Positions 12,816 through 25,146 of a DNA stretch of 64,000 nucleotides are shown here, in pieces. The stretch covers positions 74,524,001 through 74,588,000 of the forward strand of contig CM059438.1 in assembly GCA_030390025.1 (NCBI GenBank), read 5' to 3'. The position numbers were made by a program, and so were the translations under genes. Source of the DNA: Squalus acanthias (lineage: Eukaryota). Numbering within the stretch: position 1 is the first letter of the stretch; the number at the start of each line of letters is the position of its first letter. Under the pieces are notes generated by a model. It saw only the letters and a program-made list of their open reading frames with translations. It was not told where the DNA came from and made no database searches.

Positions 12816-13517
12816 GAGAAGAAGCTTAGTTAATAGAAGATGAGCTACATTCCAAAGCACAAATATGACCACAGTGATAGATAATCTAATGTTCATTCAT
12901 CTTTTACACGCAAATTAATTATATCAACTTGGTAAAAAATATAGGAAGGTGGCTATCTAAGATTTGATTGAGCCCAGGAATCATGCTTTCTCATCATTCT
13001 CTAATTCATCTGTACTGCTGCATTCAGCCCTCTTCTCCATTGTTCTCACTTTTTCCTTGAAAATTCCAGAAACACGTTCTTACATATTCTTCCTCCTCGC
13101 TACATACTTAAAGAACCAAGACATAGCACATTTCCCTCTCCGCCGAGTCCTCAAAACTATCAGACTCCTTACTTCCCTCAATTTTTCCTTCCATCATCAA
13201 TCTTCAGGCTTTTAAAACACAAGTTTGATGTTACCGCGTCTTCTGTTTTATCCTTTTCAACTTTGATGGTGTCCTACACTATGGGCCTTGGTCCTTTATC
13301 TTTGGTTTTTAGTATAATTTCTTTGAAAGATGTGCCAAAACACTCATCATAAACTCTTGGGCAACAGTACACTTGAAAGTGTGCAATGTCTATGAAATTC
13401 CCTTGCAGATATAGTGAAGAGAAACATGTGGCAGCATTACTAAGAGTAGAGTGAGCAGTTAACTTGCTTATTAGATCATAACCACACAAAGAAGGATACT
13501 CTATGACCTATTCACCA

Positions 13518-13570
13518 AATATATTGCCTCGTGATAGATTTAACCAAGGCATTCTTACCAACAAGTCAAG
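13518..13570 (+). mobile_element. Possible ancient RTE-type RT fragment
   Basis: atatattgcctc-gtgatagatttaaccaaggcattc gives YIA..IDLTKAF, resembling the RTE RT motif YIAFIDLTKAFD; short match only. Confidence 0.3.
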
Positions 13571-14843
13571 TAACTACACTCAAAGACATCCCTGGTTTGA
13601 GTCATACAAAAAGCCCTTGCTCCGTGGACAACAAAATGGTTTTATCCCTCGAGGCAAATGATAGTCACAAGCAACTTAAGCAAAAGCCTCTACTGTGGTC
13701 CTCTGCCATACCAAAGTGCTAATCACACAGATTTGTAGCCTCAAGCTTACAAGTCCCATCATAACCCCAGATACCACTGAATGCTCTAAGTAGAAGCATT
13801 TATCCTGGCACCAAAAAAGCATCATGAAGCTTTTAAATAGAAGTGATATTTAAAAAAAAAAACAATGTTAATGGAGCAACCCCAGGACTGAAGGCAGGGA
13901 GCTTAGAAAATTAAGGTGCTCGTCTCGGGAGAAAAGCGGTCAGATTGAGGCCTTCGGTTGACTGCAGGTTGGGAGACGACTCGAGGCTACTAGAATGATC
14001 AAGAAAACTTAAAGGTTAAGTGCCTGCTTATTCTCCCGGTTTGGATGATAGCCATAAGAATCCCAATTTCCATACGAGTGCACAGTTAAATGAGGACTGA
14101 GTATATAAATTTAGATGAATCAGGAGACAGTACAACCAGGAGCAGAAAACGTTGACTGCCAAACCCTGTTGTAGAGCAGTCATAAAAACGGAAGACCAAT
14201 GGTAAACAAAAAGAATGAGAGACATGTCACTGACATAAATTATGCTGTACGTCTCCTTTAAACTTTTGCATTTTTGAAATCTATTGAGTATTACTGTGAA
14301 CCCACTGTATCAGTGTTCACCCAGCAACAAAGCACAGACTGTATAATGTTATCTAAAAGCAAACATGAACATTATGGAGCAATTGGTTTGACAAAAACCA
14401 TTTTACATTGGCACTACGCCAGCTTTGTTATAAATAACTTTTAAATATTATTAAATAAAAGTTTGGCACTGAAATTAGAAACTTCAGCCTGGTGTGTACA
14501 ATATTACTTTTGTTTGCTCTCTTTTCCCCCCAAGTAATGATTATTTATAATTTAGGACAAGCACATTACAATAGTAACAAAGAGCTGTCCGCATTTTCTA
14601 CTGTAAACTAGGGTACAATTGCTTGTTCTCGGGGAAAGGGCAAGTCTAATTGTGCTAAAATGTTTGAGGCCGCCTATAATTAATGTAAGAAAGTTCAGAA
14701 AATCTTCTGAAATGTTGAAAAGCAGTGGGCAATTACATAGAATAAAGACTGCTTACCTTGAGCAGAAAAAGAGGACTTGTAAAAACATGGCCAGGAATGG
14801 CTTAATGGCACTTCAATAATATTTGTGGATATGTCTAGATCAA

Positions 14844-16546
14844 CCGCAGGGATCGGTCCTTGGACCCCAACTATTCACAATATACATTAATGATCTAGAT
14901 AAGGGAACTAAATGTAATGGCCCAAAAATTAGTATCAGTACGTGAGAGTACGCACTGTGTACTCTCGCGTATTCTGTCTCCAATTGCCGGTTTCCAGCAT
15001 GCACTTGGTGATTTCAAAAGGGGGCGGTTCCTAGGTGAACCGCGTGCGCGCTACAGGCTGCGCGCACGCAGTGCACTTAGTGCTTTGAACGCGCAGGTAA
15101 GCATGGAAGATTTTGCACATAAAGAAAGGAGGCGTAAGACCCTCTTTTAACAAGGTAAGTAGTTAATTAAGTATTATTTTGAATTTTTTTCAAGCAGGTA
15201 TATCTTTGAGACTTTAAAGAAAGGTAAGTTTATTTTTATAACTTTTAAAAAGATTAAATTTTCTCAAAAATTTAATTTTTTGTTTAGGTTAATTTATTTA
15301 ACTATACTTATTTTATTAATGTGATGGTTTTTTTTTAAAATTTAATTGAGGTTTAGCTGTTCTTTTGGGGGGTATAGATTCATAGCTTTGACAGCACTTG
15401 CTGTGAAAACTATGAATGAAAAATGGTGTGCTGCCATTGGCTCAAACTTAATCACGTGATCCCACAGCTCGCACGAATTAACTGCGTCTCTGGGATACGC
15501 ACACACTGCACAGCTGCAGTCTTGAAACTAAAGTTCGTGCGAGCTCGGAAGGAAAAGGCAGGCGCGCAGTGAGATATCGCGGGGAAGCCTTACCCCCGCA
15601 GGAAGGCTCCGTCTTTAATTTCTGGGCCAATATCTCCAAGTTTGCAGATGACACAAAGCTGGGTGGGCGTGTGCGCTGCGAGGAGGATACGGAGAAACTC
15701 CAGGATGATTTGGACAGGTTGGGTGAGTGGGCAGAAGCGTGGCAGATGCAATATAACGTGGATAAATGTGAGGTTATCCACTTTGGTGTCAAAAACAGAA
15801 AGGCAGACTATTATCTGAATGGCAATAGATTGGGAGAAGGGGAAGTGCAACGAGACCTGGGTGTCCTTGTGCACCAGTCGCTGAAGGTAAGCATGCAGGT
15901 GCAGCAGGCAGTAAAGGCGGCAAATGGTATGTTGGCCTTCATAGCGAAAGGGTTTGAGTACAGGAACAGTGATGTCCTGCTGCAGTTGTACAGGGCCTTG
16001 GTGAGACCACACCTTGAGTACTGTGTGCAGTTTTGGTCGCCTTATCTGAGGAAGGATGTTCTTGCCACGGAGAGAGTTCAGCGAAAATTCACAAGGCTCA
16101 TACCTGGGATGGCAGGAATGACATACGAGGAGAGATTGGGTCGATTGGGCTTATACTCGCTGGAGTATAGAAGAATGAGAGGGGATCTCATCGAAACATA
16201 AAATTCTGACAGGTCTGGACAAACTCGATGCAGGAAGAATGTTCCCGATGGTCGGAGAGTCCAGAACCAGGGGTCATAATCTAAGGATAAGGGGTAAGCC
16301 ATTTAGGACAGAAATGAGGAAGAATTTCTTCACCCAGAGAGTGGTGAACCTGTGGAATTCTCTACCACAGAAGATAGTTGAGGCCAAGTCATTAAATATA
16401 TTCAAGAATGAGTTAGATATATTTCTTAAAGCTAAAGGTATCAAGGGATATGGGGAGAAGGCAGGTACAGGGTACTGAGTTGGGATGATCAGCCATGATC
16501 TCATCGAATGGCCTACTCCTGCTCCTATCTTCTATGTTTCTATATG
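14844..16546 (+). mobile_element. CR1 LINE, 5'-truncated RT region, interrupted by a MITE
   Basis: [24 protein letters not shown]|[41 protein letters not shown]; frameshift near 16200; typical tail. Confidence 0.95.
14919..15628. mobile_element. Non-autonomous DNA transposon (PIF/Harbinger-like MITE), 710 bp
   Basis: TIRs GGCCCAAAAATTA / TAATTTCTGGGCC (12/13), AAT duplicated at both ends; removal restores CR1 codons [10 protein letters not shown]. Confidence 0.85.
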
Positions 16547-17735
16547 TTAAGAAATAGTGAGAATGTGCGCGCGCGGGGAATGTGGAGAGAAAGAAAAGGT
16601 CCAAATTTAAGAGCATGATGCTGAAGACTGAAGATTCAATTTCACTCTAGACCACTGCTGCTCTCCCTCCATTGCCCCACCAACTCTTCACTTGTCCATT
16701 TCCCTCCTCTTTGCCAATCCAGAGACCTGGCTGCATATCTGCCTGCCACCTGCTGGCCAACACATTTTTCCGTAAAGCTAGAACCTCAATGCTTGGTCGT
16801 AACACAATATTCAACCTCCAACTGGAGGCAGAAGATGATACACACCCCGTTACCAGATTAATACAAGTCAAGCATTCAGAATTTATTCTGACCTACATGC
16901 AGTGTTATGTTTGAATTCATTAGGTTCAGTAATAATACATCGTCTAACAATGAAATGAGGCAAATGTCTGATTATTTTGCCCTTTTTAATAATGTTCTCT
17001 GCTCTCATTGACCAGTTTGCAGGTGACATTTCATTGTGTTAAGTATTTTATTCTAAACATGCAACTTAATTACATTTCACACTTAACAATCTAGAACTTA
17101 GATAGCCAATTAACTGTTGCCAACAGCCACAGCACTACATTTCCATACATCTTAGTCAAGGATTATCAACAAGTATTTAAATTAAACACTTGAAACAGTT
17201 GACAAATAGCAAACATACCCACTGATGGCCGCTATGTGTTTAAAAAATAGAATTGCCATTTATACAAAAGTGGAGGTCACACTGACTCATTAGATTATAA
17301 TCTAAAAAGTGGTTGAAACTAGACTTTTATTTCTAGATGTAAATTTCTATGATTCTAAACTATATAACAAACTCAGACTTTAATTGAACTGGGCTAGATG
17401 CACTAAGCTGTCTGATTGCGTACAAGAAAAGCACGGGGAAAGAGGTCATTTTACTCAGCACAACTGCACCTTCCAGAGACCACATACACTTCAGCCCCAT
17501 CAGACTTTATGACGAGGGAATGTTCTGCATAAACACTCCATGTAATCAAGGAAAATTCCAAAATTTGTCCCCATTATTCACCTCTAGCCAACTATCTCCT
17601 TCCTAGCCTGAGCAACAGGAATGAACATGACCCCTGGAGCATTTAATCTTTTCCCTCATTATGTATCCTGCAAGTTTCCATCCCATTCCCAACCAAATAC
17701 TTCTCCTGCATTTTTCTCAATGAGTATCCCAGGGA

Positions 17736-17737
<2 letters not shown>

Positions 17738-17771
<34 letters not shown>
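17738..17771. repeat. T34 homopolymer (A34 on the gene strand)
   Basis: Direct reading. Confidence 0.9.
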
Positions 17772-17772
<1 letters not shown>

Positions 17773-18046
17773 AGACCCACAAATGCTCAGAGGCGAGACA
17801 TATGTATTACATAACAGAAACTGTACAATAAGCATCCTGACAAAAGAAACACAAATGGAGGAAAGTCAGAAGATTTCTTGGATGTTAAGCAGAGCTCTCA
17901 TTTTTCATTTCTCCCCACACCCCCCTGACATTTCAAGATTTGACCAATATTTACCTCAGGATATGCAGCCGATTCTCCTTTAACTTAATTTGTTACCTGC
18001 CCCATCCCTTCCCATAATTTACATAATAAACGTCACTGGTATTTAC

Positions 18047-18152
18047 CTGGCATACTGTTGTTAACCAGTTCCAGATACTGATCCATTGATTTCAATACCT
18101 TGTAGCCTGCACAATTAATCACTCCCTTTGGGTTGGATCCTCGGTCAAAGGC
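18047..18152 (-). CDS. NIBAN2: NIBAN2 coding exon 4, 106 nt, phase 0-1
   Basis: ttcttcctgcAG|GCCTTTGAC..ATGCCAG|GTAAAT; AFDRGSNPKGVINCAGYKVLKSMDQYLELVNNSMP(G) vs recalled human AYERQVPPRAVINSAGYKILTSVDQYLELIGNSLPG; not in the ORF track. Confidence 0.95.
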
Positions 18153-18444
18153 CTGCAGGAAGAAATTTAATTTACAAAATGTTAATTGTCCAGTCATTCA
18201 TTTTTAACCGCTTTCTAATTTAAATACAGGTTTAAAAAATTAACACTATCCCCAACGCTTTTAAAATCTCACGATAGGCGATTTACAAAGCAACGTCGAT
18301 GCCGAAGGGTCATGAATTGCAGAACCCATCACCCTCGGTTTCAGCTTCTCCACTGAGCCCTGGGAAGCTGTTGTGAAACCGTCCTGTGAGATATGTTCCA
18401 CTGTGAGCTACAACCAGGTGCAGCAACAAAAACTCAATGACTAA

Positions 18445-18879
18445 GTGTCAGCTGTGGCTCAGTGGGTAGCACAGTTGCCTCCGAGTCAGAAGGTTGTGGG
18501 TTCAAGTCCCACTCCAGCGTCTTGAGCACAAAGTTAGGCTGACACTCCAGTGCAGTGCTGAGGGAGTGCTGCACTGTCAGAGGTGCCGTCTTTCAAATGA
18601 GACGTTAAACTCTCAGGTGGACGTAAAAGATCCCACGGCACTATTTCGAAGAAGAGCAGGTGTCCTGGCCAATATGTATCCCTCAATCAACATAACAAAA
18701 ACAGATTATCTGGTCATTATCACATTGCTGTTTGTGGGAGCTTGCTGTGCGCAGATTGGCTGCCGCATTTCCCACATTACAACAGCGACTACACGCCAAA
18801 GAAGTATTGGCTGTAAAACGCTTTGAGACGTCCGGTGGTCGTGAACTGCGTTATATAAATGTAAGTCTTTCTTTCTTTT
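18445..18879 (+). mobile_element. DeuSINE (SacSINE1-like), near full length
   Basis: tRNA head with A box tggctcagtgg and B box ggttcaagtcc; Deu-domain-like gagacgttaaac..gtggacgtaaaagatcccacggcact; (cttt)n tail. Confidence 0.85.
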
Positions 18880-21361
18880 AAAATATACCCAAATTGGCTA
18901 ACGCCTTCCAAAATCTCACCCCTTTAGATCAGGGGATTTCAACCAGAGGACTAAAGGCAAATGCAGGGTATCACCCCACCCTCTGCCAAGCCCTGGCAAT
19001 CCAACCGTTAAAGCCCAGGCAACTTGGGTCTTTTCGTACTCGTCCAGTCTGAATTGCATGTGCCTGGAAAGGGTTGTCATCAGCACTACTGCCTCATTGG
19101 TGGATAAATCCTAACTCAGACACCAATATCTGTTAATAACAGTAACTTACCTGCAAATTAACAGGAAGATAAATTTAAACTCGATAATGCAACCCCTGAA
19201 GCTCCACAATATACACCTATGCAGTCTGCAAATAGAAAAAGGCCAGTCATCCCTGTCTTAGGTCATTGTGCTTCTGTTGTTTTGAACATATTGAGATCTT
19301 GAAGAATGGAGGACCCATCTGACTGGGAGCCATGGCAGAGGTTAGAATAGTTCTGTCACACAGCACAGACCAATTCTTAGCCAAGACCGACACGGAATGG
19401 TTGGTGGAAGTGCAGGCTTCTCTTTCAATCATAGTCTCGAGATAATTAGCTTTTGATCTTTTTGCACATCCTTCAATGGACTCTCAGGATATGAAGTCAA
19501 GCTGAATTGGCAGACAACAGAGGCATGGATCAGGTTCGTCTGACAGGAAAGGTTTCCTGCATTGTATGTCTACTTTGAACCCGACAATGTATAATTTCTG
19601 CGAGTTGCTAGTGAATTAGAACAAGGCAATCCTGCAAGTGGAATCCCCCTCAGACTCAAGAGCATCGAGTAAGATCAATGACAATGGCAGGAGGAAAGAA
19701 GCTGTTTGCTGATGGTAACCCAAGATTAGCCTTCATGCACAATCCAGAAAGCTCCCTTCTCCTGCTTCATTATTAACATTTCCAAAAACCTACGGTTTCC
19801 TCAAGTTAAGTAGGAGGAGGCAAGAGGCTGGGACAGCAACTGTATATTTTGGGCTAGATTTTCCACCTATTCGTGGTCAATGGATGTAAAAATCTATCTT
19901 CTCTCCCCCAACCACCCAACAAAGCTAACAGCTCACTTACCACGTGAACAAAAACTGCATCAGACTTAAAAGTATTCATAAGGAAACCACTTCCTGCATA
20001 CTTTGCACAAAAATTGTATGACAACATGCCATTATAGCGTGTTATACGCCGCTCTTTCATCTCATCTGGGAGCTATAATGTTTATTGGTTCCACATCCCC
20101 TCCAATCTGTTTCAAACTGTGGGCATTTAATATACTTCTTTAAACATGCACTGCCAAGTAAAAGACACTGGATAAAAGTCATGCTGTGGCCAAAGCAATG
20201 CACCACGGGTAATCTGCAACATGATTCTGTTTACCTGTGGTCTCTTTTGGAAACTGAAATGCTCAGGATCTGCAAAATTTGTGGGATGGCAAGCCATCAT
20301 TAAAGCTGTCCAACCATAACCAAATCCAAGGAAAAGACCAGGATTTCAGAGAAGCAGCAAAAGTGAACGAGTTGGATATAATTATAGCATTGTCTTTTCA
20401 TCAGAGATGGGGGTTCAAATCCAACCCACAGTTTTTTCCCCCCCAGAAAGTATGCTAACCCTTTAAATACTGGTTGGCATTTATACAAACTGCTGTTCAA
20501 ACAATTCAAATGAAAGTCAGTTCCAGCAGAATCAGAGTACTTGGAAACCACCCAAATGCAGACTTGATTTTCTAAATGAAGATGCTCGTCAGTTTGGTAT
20601 ACATAAGAAAAGGAAAGGATGTCCTGCAAGGTGGAACATTGTTTTTGGGGGGAATGCTGGACTACAAATGGAATTTAAATTATGTTTCTTATAACAGCTT
20701 TTCTTGCTGAACAGCTGGATCAGTTCCATACTCTAGTATATCAGCAATTCAAGGAATTCTAGTTGTTATGTGAATAGTTGCCTAATCATTGGTAACACTG
20801 CACAGCAGTTATGGCTGTAACCACATTAATTTTTGCAAGAAAAATGCTTTTTAAAATGAAACAAGTTTTCTCTCATTAAAAAGCTGTACCTGCCGCAAGT
20901 GTCTCTTAGACCCTGAATAGTGAAACTTCGACAAGACGTCAATTAGCATTTAATTCCAATGTTATGACTAAATGATTGATTTCCCCCCTTCTCGCATCGT
21001 CAGATCCATTAAATATTGAGATTATTTAAGAGTTCCAGTAATGAATTATGAAAAAAGTCATCAGATCATAGTTTAGCTAGAATTGCCCTACAATTAAGGT
21101 TCGAGTTAGTTATCAATTAGCTCTCATCTCCTTGGTGGATAAAGCCGCAAAATTGAATTTTTTGGGCAGTAGCATCAGTAAACATCAATTAACTGAGTGA
21201 GCGAAGGAATGGCAAGCAGGTTTAAGGTAATTATTATGGAAAATATAGAACCTATATACTTGGATGACTGCCAACTGTCTTGGGGGGGTATTTGTATATG
21301 AATACTGTCTAGCCTTTGAGACTCCTCAATAAGCTGAATTAAGTACCAATAAAAAAAAAAA

Positions 21362-21482
21362 AAATCTGTATTGGAAATCTGACATAAGGAAAAATGCTGG
21401 AAATACACAGCAGGTTCATCAGTCTCTGTATAGGGAAAAGACAAGGCAATGTTTTGTCTGCAAGCCCCTTCCCTCAGAAGTA
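21362..21482 (-). mobile_element. Decayed Penelope pLTR fragment (family A)
   Basis: tggaaatctgac..aaaatgctggaaatacacagcagg..ccccttccctcagaa aligns loosely with 62225-62360. Confidence 0.55.
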
Positions 21483-21965
21483 AAAACAAAGATACTGAAG
21501 TCCTTTTGTATGGAGAGAGAGAAAAAGGGGGCAGAGAGGGGCGGGGAGAGAGGAAGACAATAAATACTCAAATCACAGAGAGGAAGTAAACAGGCTCAAT
21601 GAATCGCAGACTGCTCAATAGTAAACCAGAAACTATTTGGATGGCTAACAGGAACATCTAGGTGAGGTGATGAAGAGACGTTAAAGGAACAAAAAAAGTC
21701 AAAATAAATAGGCGAAGGACTTGCATTTATATAGCGCCTTTCACGACCACCGGACGTCTCAAAGCGCTTTACAGCCAATGAGGTACTTTTGAAGTGGAGT
21801 CACTGTTGTAATGTGGGAAACGCGGCAGCCACTTTGCACACAGCAAGCTCCCACAAAACAGCAATGTGAAAATGGCCGGATAATCTGCTTTTTTTTGTTA
21901 TGTTGATTGAGGGGAAAATATTGGCCAGGACACCAGGGATAACTCCCCTGCTCTTCGAAATAGTG

Positions 21966-22467
21966 GTCATGATGCGGAGATGCCGGTGTTGGACTGGGGT
22001 GGACAAAATTGAGAGGTCGCACAACACCAGGTTATAGTCCAACAGTTTTATTTGAAGAGTCGTCGTTAGCTTGTTCACAGATGTGATTCCCAGTAAAAAA
22101 GTAAAAATTTTCCCAGTAAAAAAGTAATTTTTTTTTAAAGCTTTTCGTTTTACATACAGACGGCAGCTTTTGACACGTTGGAACCCCTGCGACTACACCT
22201 CATTGTCTCAGTTGTATCTTGCTATGTCTTTTGATGTGGTACCTTCCTGGCTGACTTAATTAACTTTATCACACCTCGGCAGATAGTCAGGATGATTTAA
22301 TTTATTGGTCTGCAATTGTAAAGTACACATGCTTTTTTTTCCATCTATATATGCTCTGGCGATTCTGTATCCAATTTACTTCACCTGAGGAAGGAGTGAT
22401 AGCTCCGAAAGCTTGTGATTTCAAATAAAACTGTTGGACTATAACCTGGTGTTGTGCGACCTCTCAA
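21966..22467 (+). mobile_element. Penelope-derived insertion (family B) with inverted pLTR segment and 13-bp TSD
   Basis: TSD cttcgaaatagtg at 21953-21965 and 22468-22480; perfect 48-bp inverted repeat 22009-22056 / 22420-22467; hammerhead motif. Confidence 0.8.
22381..22418 (+). ncRNA. Minimal type I hammerhead ribozyme motif
   Basis: TCAC-CTGAGGA-a-GGAGtgatagCTCC-GAAA-GCTT-GTGA; stem I TCAC/GTGA, palindrome AAGCTT, CUU triplet. Confidence 0.7.
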
Positions 22468-25146
22468 CTTCGAAATAGTGCCATGGGATCTTTTACGTCC
22501 ACCTGAGTGTGCAGACGGGGCCTCAGTTTAATGTCTCATCTGAAAGACGGCACCTCCGACAGTGCAGCACTCCCTCAGCACTGCACTGGAGTGTCAGCCT
22601 AGCTTTATGTGCTCAAGTCCCTGGAGTGGGACTTGAACCCACAACCTTCTGACTCAGAGGCGAGTGTGCTACCCACTGAGCCACAGCTGACACTTCGACA
22701 ACTGACTAAGTTGGTGAAAAGCATGGAAATATCCAGCTAAGGAAAAAGCAGTTAAGGCAACAAGGTGGGAGAGACAGGCGAGATGGGTGGTGGTGGGGGG
22801 GGGGGGGGGGGGGGAAGAAAGGGGGAAAAAGATTCAGGAGCTCTGAAATTAATGTGTTTGAATGAAAACAGGATGCGTTTTAAAATACATTTGTAGGCTG
22901 GTGAGAAAAAAAAAAACTTAAGCCAACACCCCAGGTGCAGAACGGTCTTTTGACAAAAGGATTATAACTGAAGCATCAGAAAACAGCTCTGGCTGGTGTG
23001 GGTCTGTGGAAGTTTCACAATAAATTCCAACACCTGTTGTACAACAGGATAACGCACATCAGCACAGACTGTTAGACTCTGGTTCGTCTCTGTACCTTCC
23101 CCATTTGCAAAGTGATATAGGAAGCCTTACAAACCGGTGGATATATGGAAAAGGCACGTGTTTAAAGCAATTAATACTGCTGCTGAACTCATTTAAAAAT
23201 AAACTGGTTGAATATCTAGCCAAAAAAGTGACACTGTAGATAAGGTTAAGATGAGAATCTCGATTGAATTATGGCCCTAGTACTGTTGAAGCAATCAAAA
23301 TGTCACTTGTGGCGACAGCTTGCCGATGTTAAATAATCCAGATTGTATTGTTTGATTAACATTGAAATTTTTTCTAGTTTTCTTCCGGGGTCAGGAACAG
23401 GAATAGGCCATTCAGCCCCTCGAGCCTGTTCCACCAGGTAGAAATGACTCATTTACTTTCAGCAGCTTCTACTGTGGTCAATCAATGCTGGTCTATACAG
23501 TGTTTCAAACAGCGTACGTGGTGAACTGGAGGTCTGTTGGTTGCCCCACACATTATTTTGTACATCAGCAAGGTTTTGACTGCACTTGACCTGTGATGTG
23601 AAAGATGACCAGTTATTCTTCAGGTCATCTGTTTGTTCCATTGCCATGTAACCTTTCAAACTCTGGCTTAGGCTGTCTCATGTGATGGATGTTTATCGGT
23701 ACATGAAACTATTTTAAAAAAAAAAGCTGGTTTGCCAAGGGTGGGGTTTAACTATTTATCCAAGGCGTTTAGTCATCTGAAATAATTGCATTTACTATGG
23801 TTCTTTTCAGATGTATAGACACTCCCAAAAAGTTGCCACAAAGAATCTTTGTATCCTATTTTCCAGACTGTGATGTTATTTAAATAATGCAGAATGGGCT
23901 TCTGTAACATTCACAATAACTAAATTATATTCCTTGTGTGAAGTTACGAAAAGAAGTAGTAATAAAGCTTGTCCGTTTCTATTGAAGCAATTTCATTTTA
24001 CACACTGGTATCATTCCTATTAGCTAGATCTTTGTGAGCTTTTTATTAAACCTCATCTTACTCATGTGCGAGCTACAGCAGTGAGGTTTATCTGAATAAA
24101 GATATGAGTCAAGGATATCACACATGCCCAAATGTGAAGCTACATTTAGACAAGGAGAACAAACCAGGCAGAGCAGATGAGCAGTTGAAGGAGCTGAGCA
24201 GACAGGAATCAAGTCTTGCTATGCAACTGGTCGGAAAGAGAGACTATTAAGTCCTTTCGCTTCATTGCCATACAAGTTTGATGGTGTTTCTTTCAGACAA
24301 AAAAAATCTTGCCCTTCATTTGTTCAATTGTGTTACTGGAGCATTCTGATGCTTTGGAAGCCACAGAGGGTCCTGTGCTGCACCGGTAGTGTAAAAGCAG
24401 TCATCAGACCAGGACCATTCAAAAAAAAACACTGGATAACAACGATTTGAAAGGCCAAAATCTAATCATGGGGTTCAGCTGTCAGTAATAGTGAAAACAA
24501 CGTGCCAAGTGGTTGAACATTATTCTATACCAAGATTACATTACAATTTGGAAATAATTCCAATATTGGTCATTTTAATTTTGACCATTACATTTGTTTA
24601 ATCTTTGTATTTTCAGCCACTGCCCTGGTAACACAACTTGTGATTGCTGCCATTAAAGTACATTGTGGGTCCTTGAAGTAGATTAAGATTTATTCTTCTG
24701 GTTTCCAGGGCTGGCAAAAGTAGAGTTGGTTTTTAAATGCATTCTCCTTGATGAGGGATAATATTTTCAGTTCTTCATGTGTTTTGAATATGGTAAATAC
24801 AGGCAAGAGTATCTTGTTATGACACACAATGCTGGGAGAATGGAGAGACACCTTATTGTACACAGAGAAAACGAGAATCCATCAAAAGGGCACACCTGGG
24901 AGTGATTACTGAAGTCGTAATATGATCTGGGCGTTGTGGTTGGAGGATGTTGTAACAGTCACCAGAATCCGCAGATAAGATTCCTATTGTGAAATTTTTG
25001 CAGTGCATTATCTCTTCCTTAACTCTACTCTGGGAACTGTCATTATTGTACAAGGGTGTCCACGATAAAAGAGAGACACATAATGAATGACAATTTATAC
25101 ATATAATTAGTACACAAACTGCCTCTGTGAACACCACACTGTAATT

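Larger units (their letters stand above)
21715..22693 (-). mobile_element. DeuSINE (SacSINE1-like) interrupted by a Penelope-derived insertion
   Basis: Reverse complement of 18445-18879; continuity broken between 21965 and 22468. Confidence 0.9.

Noticed and set aside
15569-16201. Longest ORF (210 aa) as a host gene or domesticated RT
   Set aside because: Starts at GTG inside the MITE, runs into a truncated CR1 ORF2 and ends at a frameshift; a chance chimera
18445-18520. tRNA gene
   Set aside because: A and B boxes belong to the SINE head and continue into the Deu domain; same for 22620-22693 and 46975-47045
19380-19570. Ancient LINE RT fragment (minus strand ETFPVRR..)
   Set aside because: Single short motif; downstream QGCPLSP/YADD motifs not recoverable
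22796-22814. Long G runs (also ~5903, 36654, 62411) as G-quadruplex elements
   Set aside because: Simple homopolymer expansions, some inside TEs; no functional support
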